Translations under genes and position numbers: made by a program
Shown here: in pieces, positions 1 to 5,434 of the stretch
Layout: each line of letters begins with the position of its first letter
Position numbering within the stretch: position 1 is the stretch's first letter
NCBI RefSeq assembly: GCF_006345805.1
Contig: NW_021829982.1
Coordinates: forward strand, 1-5,434
Source: Octopus sinensis
Taxonomy: Eukaryota
Direction of reading: 5' to 3'
Length of the DNA stretch: 5,434 nucleotides
Notes under the pieces: model-generated
The model's input: only the letters and a program-made list of their open reading frames with translations
Databases searched by the model: none
What the model was told of the DNA's origin: nothing

Positions 1-46
1 TATGATCTAGAAGATATGGAAAAAAATGTAATCAAAAATGTTAATA

Positions 47-102
47 TGTGACATGGTTTGCGCGATACCTATGGTTTGCGCGATACCTGACGTGACCTTG
101 AA
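47..102 (+). repeat. Left TIR of element A, containing a perfect 18-bp tandem repeat ATGGTTTGCGCGATACCT (53-70, 71-88)
   Basis: Aligns to the reverse complement of 1267-1323: TGTGACATGG-TTTGCGCGATACcTATGG(9 nt)TACCTGAcGTGACCTTGAA versus TGTGACATGGTTTTGCGCGATACgTATGG(9 nt)TACCTGAaGTGACCTTGAA. Confidence 0.93.
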
Positions 103-464
103 ATGTACAATTATGACATTGATGGGATTAAATTATAAATCTTTTAATTAGACCGCGACTCATTCTTATCATTTAATATTTACTAAATTAGCTAAAGACT
201 CTCTCATTTTGACAAAAAATTATATTTATAGGAATTTAATTTTTAGAAATTAATTTTTTTTGGTGGAAAACCTAAATTTCTTGAATTATTTCTAGCGTGC
301 AAGTATATTTGCAGCAATGTCCTCGTACAAAGGTTATGTAAAGAATAGTTTGGAATATCAAATTTTAAAAGATGCTTTACAGGATAAATTTCCTGAATAT
401 CTTACAAAGCAAAAAAAATATAGACTAGTTAAGAAAATTGAAAATTTTACTGTAATTATGAAAG

Positions 465-489
465 GTATCATACAAATGTAAATGTATAG
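465..489 (+). other. Putative 25-nt spliceosomal intron A1
   Basis: GTATCATACAAATGTAAATGTATAG contains the in-frame TAA. Removing it and restoring one A upstream gives NFTVI(N)ERLYLK, collinear with SFILLNDCLYI in element B. Confidence 0.7.
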
Positions 490-709
490 ATTGTATCTTA
501 AATGTGCGAATTCAGATCACAAGCTAGTGATTTGTCTAGACAATGAACCCGAAATGGAGATCGTTGCTAAAAGTTTGCATGACTTCTCGCATGGAGGAGT
601 TAACAAAATTGAATATGAATGTCGACAACGATATTTCACAGTTAAAAACGAGATTATTCGAAAAGTCATTCGAAACTGTGAAATTTGTAAATTTGCGCGA
701 CCCTTAAAA

Positions 710-733
710 GTTTTAACTTTTTTTAAATCTTAG
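710..733 (+). other. Putative 24-nt intron A2 (phase 0)
   Basis: GTTTTAACTTTTTTTAAATCTTAG. Removal joins RPLK to IGDINNHVFASCPNERFQ in frame and removes the TAG stop. Element B has no such insertion here. Confidence 0.82.
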
Positions 734-870
734 ATTGGAGATATAAATAACCATGTCTTTGCATCTTGCCCAAATGAAAGATTTCAGAGATAGATCTTAT
801 AGATCTGAAAGTTTTTCTACTATAAATAAAAATTTTAAATGGATTTTACGGTCATTGACGTATATAGCAG

Positions 871-895
871 GTTAGTTTTTTTAACATTTTTATAG
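871..895 (+). other. Putative 25-nt intron A3 (phase 2)
   Basis: AG|GTTAGTTTTTTTAACATTTTTATAG|A. Removal gives IDVYSRFAFARPL exactly, matching uninterrupted IDVYSKYGFTRKL in element B. Confidence 0.88.
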
Positions 896-1266
896 ATTTG
901 CATTTGCGAGGCCGCTCTACACTAAGTCCTCAAATGAAGTTTGTGAAAACCTTAGATCATTATTTTTTTTTAAATGGTCCGTGTCAATTCTTCTTCAGTC
1001 CGATAATGGACTGAATTCAAGAATCGTGAAATGACCAATCTATGTGAGGAATTCAATATCAAACGAATTCACGGAAGGCCAAACAATCCCCGCTCACAAG
1101 GGATTGTCGAACGCTCAACCAGTCAATTACAAGAAAATGGCAAAAATGATCGACAATGATAATAAAAAGTGGCTGGAAAAATTAGAAATGCAGACTTAAA
1201 AAATAATTAACAAGTTATTATTCTTTGAAGTTTAATATTAATTACAATATTGACATTAAGTTAAGC

Positions 1267-1323
1267 TTCAAGGTCACTTCAGGTAACCGGTTGCCCATAC
1301 GTATCGCGCAAAACCATGTCACA
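1267..1323 (-). repeat. Right TIR of element A
   Basis: Inverted copy of 47-102 with one indel, two point mismatches and a diverged 9-nt block. Followed by the TSD TAATA. Confidence 0.93.
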
Positions 1324-1805
1324 TAATATCTCGAGACTTTCTAAAATTTTAAAATAAATAGTTGAAACTTTTAATGTTTTGCATTGTGTCGTATACGGGG
1401 TTTTTTAATTAAGTTTTAATAAAACTGTTATTTAGAGTTCCTCTTAACACTAGAAATTGTAATCAGAAAGTATTAAAGATCGTATTAATCATAAAATCCG
1501 AGTCAATACACTGCGGCCGCATAGGGAACAGTATCAAATTGACTTCCAACAATTAGGTTTTGGTTAAGATTGTCTTTCGAAATTGACTTTTTACGTTAGA
1601 ATATCATATCTCAAATTTTAAAAGTTTTGCCGGGTCCATTAATGAGCCGGTGACATTCAATGTTATTAGACGTTTTTAAACTTGTTTCATCAAAAAATTT
1701 GACGATTATTTAATACTTGGGTTGCACAAATTTTGCTAAACTGTTCTTCGAATTGTTGGAATCGTTCATGTTCGGCATTTTCTAAATCAATTTCTTCACC
1801 AATTT

Positions 1806-1830
1806 CTAAATTATGACCAAAAATAAATAC
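1806..1830 (-). other. Putative 25-nt intron B3 (phase 1)
   Basis: G|GTATTTATTTTTGGTCATAATTTAG|AA. Removal continues the frame PFSESR-EIGEEIDLENAEHE. No paralogue alignment is available here. Confidence 0.72.
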
Positions 1831-1911
1831 CTCTTGATTCACTAAAAGGCTATTCTGGAACTATTGCATTAAATCCTGGAATTCCCCTGAATCTGATAAA
1901 GGGAGTTTCAC

Positions 1912-1936
1912 CTATTTTTACAGAATAGTTTAAAAC
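1912..1936 (-). other. Putative 25-nt intron B2 (phase 1)
   Basis: G|GTTTTAAACTATTCTGTAAAAATAG|GT. Removal restores the integrase motif YNLSTHSSTGETPF with no other correction. Confidence 0.9.
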
Positions 1937-2330
1937 CCGTAGAAGAATGAGTAGAGAGGTTATACCAGATAACTGCATCTCCAATACAGTTAATCCACTT
2001 TTTGGTACTATCCTCAGATAACATTTTCGAGATTTTGCGCGTAATCGTTTGGTTGAAGCGCTCAATGATCCCTTGACTCGTGGATTGTTAGGCCTTCCGT
2101 GAATTTGGAGAATGTTGTATTTCCACACAAGTCAGTAAGGTAAGAATTCTTGAACTCTGTCCCATTATCTGTTTGTAGATATAGGACATGGTCCATGCTC
2201 GATAAATATATCTTGAATATTTTTGAAACCTCGAGTCCAGATTTATTTTTAGCTTTCTTGTGAATCCATATTTGCTGTATACATCAATACAAGTTAACAG
2301 CCATGAAAAAGAATCATTGGAACTCGAAAT

Positions 2331-2352
2331 CTAAAATAATGAGAAAAAGCAC
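2331..2352 (-). other. Putative 22-nt intron B1
   Basis: AG|GTGCTTTTTCTCATTATTTTAG|A. Removal (plus one restored T) gives DLKRF(S)SSNDSFSW, collinear with uninterrupted DLKVFSTINKNFKW in element A. Confidence 0.75.
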
Positions 2353-3027
2353 CTTTTAAGATCGATTAAATCCATTTGAAACCTTTCATTTGGTTATTAG
2401 CAAAAACGTGAATTCTGTATCATGGTCTTTAAAGGTGCAGAAAAGCGGCAAATGTCACATTTGATAACAACATCACGGACGATTTCACGTTTAATAAAAA
2501 AATCTTTGCCTACACAATCTCTCAAGTTCATTTTGACAGGAATGGCTAACTTCGTGAATTCCTTGACAAGTCTTCTATTTTTTCATGATCATCAGAAGTA
2601 ATAACTAATTTGTGACTCCCGTTTTCAACACGATATAAAGGCAGTCATTTAATAGTATAAAAGATTTTGACTTGGTCAAAAACCTTCTTTCCTGATATCT
2701 ATTCTTGTCTTTACATCGATCCCTTGGAGAATCGACTTGATTTGATCATATTCATTGTTATTTTTTATATACTTCTTTTGTTTTGGAAAACCAAACGTGA
2801 ACAATCCATAGTATATAGCGTGCGTAATATTAATAAAAATTTGATGAAAAAAAGATATTAACAAATTAATAAATATATTATAATATTTTAAAGTGCCATT
2901 TGTGTCATTATATTCAATAATTTCGAAAAATTTATAAAAATTACAATATGACTAATCAATAATGTGCGCTCGGGGCGTAGTGCGCGTTGTGCATGCGACA
3001 TATTATTACAAATATTACTTATGCTAC

Positions 3028-3756
3028 CTAACCTGAGAATAAATTAATGATAAATTAAAAGTTAGATTAATTAAAATTTTCAATTTACTGGTCTTGGGCC
3101 TCCCTGAACAGCACCATCATCTTTCGTGATCCTCTTGCTATTATGTGTCCTTCCTCAGAGTATTCGTTTTCTGCCACCTCATCATGTCTCCTCTTCATCG
3201 AGTTAGCTCCCCTTTGGTGAGTGTTCCACACTGCATAATCTTTGTTGAGAATCAATGCTTTAGTCATTACGTCTTCAAACCATGTTTATATTCTACGAAC
3301 ATTCCTTCCAACGTCTTCTTTAATGCAATCGTTTGGATGTACGCCAGAACACTGTCTTTAATGCCAATCAAATCCATGTATATTTTAAAATACTTGGAGG
3401 TGATCGCATCCCAGGTAATGACAATCGGAAGTATTTTGACTTTGGCTTTGTAATGATTCTAATTCACTTGCCAGGATATCATATTTATGAAGTTTTTCAA
3501 CTTCAACTGCTTTTAAATTATCCACACACGTCACTCCAATCTCTATTAGCCATATGTGGTTTAATTTTTTGTCGTATAGGAAAATGTCCGGCTTGTTATA
3601 TTGAATTTTTGACTCGGTAGGGATAGTAGTGTCAACTCGTAATTCAGCACGATCATTGGTAATTACGCTTTGGATAGAGTGAGTCTTCAACCTTTTTGAT
3701 TTTTTGAATCCAATTTTCTGCATAGGTGCATGTGTATGCATTTAACAATTTCGTTG
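3028..3756 (-). mobile_element. 5'-truncated non-LTR retrotransposon with restriction-like endonuclease (RLE)
   Basis: Flanked by the direct repeat TACTTATGCTAC at 3016-3027 and 3757-3768. Homology starts abruptly inside the RHN motif at the TSD, the typical product of target-primed reverse transcription with 5' truncation. Confidence 0.92.
3085..3756 (-). pseudogene. C-terminal RLE (PD-(D/E)xK) endonuclease domain of a non-LTR retrotransposon ORF
   Basis: NEIVKCIHMHLC...YNKPDIFLYDKK (KPD at 3594-3586)...LIEIGVT...EKLHKYDILASEL, then after a frameshift AKVKILPIVITWD...AYIQTIALKKTLE. TAA at 3269-3267 overlaps the ATG of the 60-aa ORF 3085-3267, which is probably the frameshifted C-terminal tail. 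Confidence 0.85.
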
Positions 3757-4024
3757 TACTTATGCTACAATAATATTTTATTAGTAAGGTTTATTTAGTA
3801 CATAAGAAAATTGAAAAAATATTTTAATTTAATTTTTAAGGTTCTTTGTAATAGTATTTAAAGCACGTTCCTAACGTATTTAAATGCAAGCAAACTACAA
3901 AAACTCTAGATATTGATTAGAATAAGAATATGATTACTAGGGCGATTTTTTAACATAAAATAAAAATTAAACTTTATTAATCAAAAAACTAAAAAAATTA
4001 CCCCACAAATTTAACTTTATAACT

Positions 4025-4147
4025 TTAATAAAAGGACTAAAGAAAAAAGGTCATTGGCAGATAGTCAGAGTATTGCCTCTGACTATGGCTATGGATATTC
4101 GTTCGGTTAAATACCGGTGCTCACACGGGTCGCCGGTAACCCTTTCT
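4025..4147. mobile_element. 123-bp GC-rich structured insertion with 11-bp TSD (SINE-like or retroposed RNA)
   Basis: ACTTTATAACT is repeated at 4014-4024 and 4148-4158. Perfect 10-bp stem ATAGTCAGAG/CTCTGACTAT (4061-4086) and a second stem TACCGGTG/CGCCGGTA (4112-4138). T-rich 3' end on the - strand. Confidence 0.72.
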
Positions 4148-4189
4148 ACTTTATAACTAAACAATAAATATACTAAAACTGCTTGTTAC

Positions 4190-4797
4190 ACATACAATAC
4201 TTTTCTTAATTGTCTTGTTAAAAATTTCGGTTGGATCATAGAAAACTCTTTATTTAAGAGAAAGTTCTTTCAACCAAGCAAGAGGTCGGCTGAAAATTCG
4301 TGAGTTATAAATACTCGGCAGGAGATATGTGTAAATTAGTTATGTTGAATATGTTCGAAATATCATTTAACTATTTTGGCAGGTAAAACTTGAACATAAA
4401 ATTTTACCTGATTTCATAAGATTTGCGGCATCAGAAATTAACAAAAGGAAATTTCCCCTTTGAAACAAATTATTTCGAAGTACCTCGTCGACTATCTGAG
4501 TAATAATGTTCTTGTTAGGAGCAAATTCTATTGGCGTATTAGATATGTTGTTTCAAGAGAATTTAACAATTAAACATAACAGAAACATAACATATCTTTG
4601 TTTTATCGGTAATTGCAAAAACTTTTTATTCCTACAAAATAAGGAAGATTTTCAAATTTTTGTTGATGTATTATTTTTTGATCAATTCTGATTTGATCGA
4701 CACAGCTTCTAGCTTTCGATAGTGGGGATACTAGCATTAAGCCATGGCATAGATAGAGCCATCATCCTTTTTTGCATACAACTATAAACGAATATTT
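4190..4797 (-). pseudogene. hAT-like transposase remnant (catalytic-domain pieces and C-terminal dimerisation motif)
   Basis: FAITD.T (~4600-4620); NIITQIVDEVLRNN..QRGNFLLLISDAA...SGKIL...FY (~4385-4510); HISPAEYL*LTNFQPTSCLVERTFS*IKSFL*SNRNF (~4220-4332). Many stops, and the central part is missing. Confidence 0.75.
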
Positions 4798-4799
4798 CT

Positions 4800-5185
4800 T
4801 GATGTTCTAACAAATCCGTTAAATATGCAAGTTTGTGCTTATTGAAATGCGTTGGAAATTTTTATAACTCCCAGGTCCATTGACTGACCAAGCCTGTAGT
4901 ATTTCGCGGTATAACATGATTTCAATATTAGAAAAATTTTCTGGTATGTAATGGGAAGGACAGTTATCCAAAATAAGCAAAATTTGTTTTCTCTAATTTT
5001 AGATTCAAATCAAAGTTTATTAGCCAATCTATGAAGATTTTCCCAGTCATCTAAGCAGGCTGGGAGGTATAAAATTTGTGGCCAATTTGAGAATTGGCCA
5101 TTTTGCAGAGTTTTTTCAATTTTGCAGCGGTAAATTGTTACAAATGGCAAATTTGAGAGGTGGCCAATTTGAGAGGGTTGAGTGG
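4800..5185 (-). mobile_element. pogo/Tigger (Tc1/mariner superfamily) fragment nested in the hAT element
   Basis: A*MTGKIFIDWL...ILLILDNCPSH (LDNCPSH at 4971-4951)...NIEI..PRNTTGLVQSMDLGVIK, which are DDE_1 motifs. The end reads TA|CCACTCAACCCTCTCAAATTGGCCA on the - strand. The second TIR is not found. Confidence 0.85.
5078..5185 (-). repeat. pogo terminal region with repeated putative transposase-binding sites (TGGCCAATTTGAGA)
   Basis: Copies at 5079-5092, 5095-5104 (partial), 5145-5160 and 5161-5176. The last two form a 16-bp tandem with one mismatch. All are in the same orientation. Confidence 0.8.
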
Positions 5186-5187
5186 TA

Positions 5188-5322
5188 TTTACAAAATGAC
5201 TGACGAAAATTTACAAAATGTCTTTTCTCACATTAAATATTACACAACAAAGACAACAATATAATACACTATCCTCAAAGATAATCTTTTACTATGGTTT
5301 CGATTTTGCTACCTTAGGCGTA
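5188..5322 (-). pseudogene. N-terminal zinc-finger-like fragment of the hAT-like transposase
   Basis: (ACG)PKVAKSK...FEDSVLYCCLCCVIFNVRK..HFVN. A CxxC lies ~130 bp inside the 5' TIR, in the same orientation as the rest of the remnant. Confidence 0.5.
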
Positions 5323-5434
5323 TTAAACAAAAATCTTAGTGGTAAAATGTATTATTAATAGTTGTTTTAATAATTTAACTTTTTAACTTAGTTCGCCCTA
5401 ATGATTACATAACTATACAAAATTGTTTTAAACA

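Larger units (their letters stand above)
317..1193 (+). pseudogene. Integrase-like transposase A (HHCC zinc finger + rve DD35E core), 3 tiny introns, frameshifted and C-terminally truncated
   Basis: Manual reconstruction: MSSYKGYVKNSLEYQ...HDFSH...CEIC (HHCC)...NERFQ-IDLIDLK (D at 793)...VIDVYSRFAFARPL...QSDNG (D at 1002)...IHGRPNNPRSQGIVER (E at 1109)...KKWLEKL. D-to-E distance is 107 nt, which gives D35E after restoring one base. The supplied ORF 482-733 is mostly exon 2 plus intron 2. Confidence 0.88.
47..1323 (+). mobile_element. Ginger/TDD-like DNA transposon A (TIR element with retroviral-type integrase), internally deleted at the 3' end of the gene
   Basis: Starts TGTGACATGG (47) and ends CCATGTCACA (1323). 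TIRs of ~56/57 bp. Flanked by identical TAATA at 42-46 and 1324-1328 (5-bp TSD). Encodes an HHCC-DDE integrase with no RT, RNase H or LTRs. Confidence 0.9.
1503..2809 (-). pseudogene. Integrase-like transposase B (HHCC, DD35E, HSSTGETPF, degenerate GPY/F-like tail), 3 tiny introns
   Basis: ATG at 2809. Manual reconstruction: YIKNNNEYDQIK...HKLVI...HEVSH...CDIC...NERFQMDLIDLK...CIDVYSK...LQTDNGTEFKN (D at 2169-2167)...IHGRPNNP..QGIIERFNQTI (E at 2063-2061)...WYNLSTHSSTGETPF...FKI*DMIF*RK...QFDTVPY. It has several 1-nt frameshifts and stops in the tail. The supplied ORFs 1850-2128 and 2676-2864 are pieces of it. Confidence 0.87.
1387..3000 (-). mobile_element. Ginger/TDD-like DNA transposon B (boundaries tentative)
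   Basis: Paralogous integrase. The - strand begins TGTCGCATGC at 3000 within a GC-rich ~38-bp end. The + strand reads TGTCGTATAC at 1387 (8/10 inverted match). Flanks CATTG and TATTA match only 3/5, so a TSD is not established. Confidence 0.62.
3938..5400 (-). mobile_element. hAT-superfamily DNA transposon, decayed and internally deleted, with two nested insertions
   Basis: TIRs TAGGGCGA (3938-3945) and TCGCCCTA (5393-5400). Perfect 8-bp TSD ATGATTAC at 3930-3937 and 5401-5408. An 8-bp TSD is characteristic of hAT, and hAT-like transposase motifs lie inside. Confidence 0.9.

Noticed and set aside
53-88. Tandem 18-bp repeat (and the TGGCCAATTTGAGA repeats at 5078-5176) as a CRISPR array
   Set aside because: There are no unique spacers of regular length and no cas genes. 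Both sets lie in transposon ends.
317-1193. Bacterial IS3/IS481 transposase or LTR-retrotransposon pol fragment
   Set aside because: The HHCC zinc finger and GT-AG introns argue against a bacterial IS. TIRs with a TSD closely bound the gene, and there is no RT, RNase H or LTR.
317-2809. Ciliate-type code (TAA/TAG = Gln) as the explanation for in-frame stops, given Paramecium-sized introns
   Set aside because: The stops in A fall inside segments that are insertions relative to B. Gln is encoded by CAA/CAG throughout, and the LINE endonuclease region has no internal TAA/TAG once frameshifts are repaired. The TAG at 1850-1852 and the stops in decayed regions are insufficient evidence.
2667-2861. 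64-aa hydrophobic + strand ORF as a small membrane protein
   Set aside because: It is the antisense shadow of the N-terminus of transposase B, and the hydrophobicity follows from T-rich codons.
3145-3620. + strand ORFs 3145-3453 and 3333-3620
   Set aside because: They are antisense to the RLE endonuclease coding region and have no recognisable motifs.
3769-3929. Spacer between the LINE and the hAT element as a separate feature
   Set aside because: It is AT-rich with no ORF, TIR or convincing repeat that I can support.
4048-4147. tRNA, 5S rRNA, hammerhead/HDV ribozyme, H/ACA snoRNA or rho-independent terminator
   Set aside because: I could not find a cloverleaf, a CUGANGA/GAAA core, an HDV P3/L3 pattern or H/ACA boxes by eye. 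The context is eukaryotic and the segment has its own TSD. It is kept as an unclassified structured insert.
4506-4691. 61-aa + strand ORF
   Set aside because: It is antisense to the hAT-like transposase remnant and has no independent support.

Overview
This AT-rich, eukaryote-like window is tiled almost end to end by transposable elements, and I see no host gene. (1) 47-1323: a Ginger/TDD-like DNA transposon (retroviral-type HHCC + DD35E integrase, + strand) with ~56-bp TGT...ACA inverted repeats and a 5-bp TSD (TAATA); its integrase C-terminus is deleted. (2) ~1387-3000: a divergent paralogue on the - strand with a degenerate GPY/F-like tail. (3) 3028-3756: a 5'-truncated non-LTR retrotransposon (restriction-like endonuclease) with a 12-bp TSD. 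(4) 3938-5400: a decayed hAT-like element with 8-bp TIRs and a perfect 8-bp TSD. It carries two nested inserts, a pogo/Tigger DDE fragment (~4800-5185) and a 123-bp GC-rich, two-hairpin insert with its own 11-bp TSD (4025-4147). The main hidden signal is six tiny (22-25 nt) GT...TAG introns in the two integrase genes. Most restore conserved motifs or collinearity with the paralogue when removed, and no position is shared where the two can be compared. Most other integrase frameshifts look like 1-nt homopolymer contractions, possibly sequencing error. All translations and alignments were done by eye, and family names come from motif recognition, not database searches.
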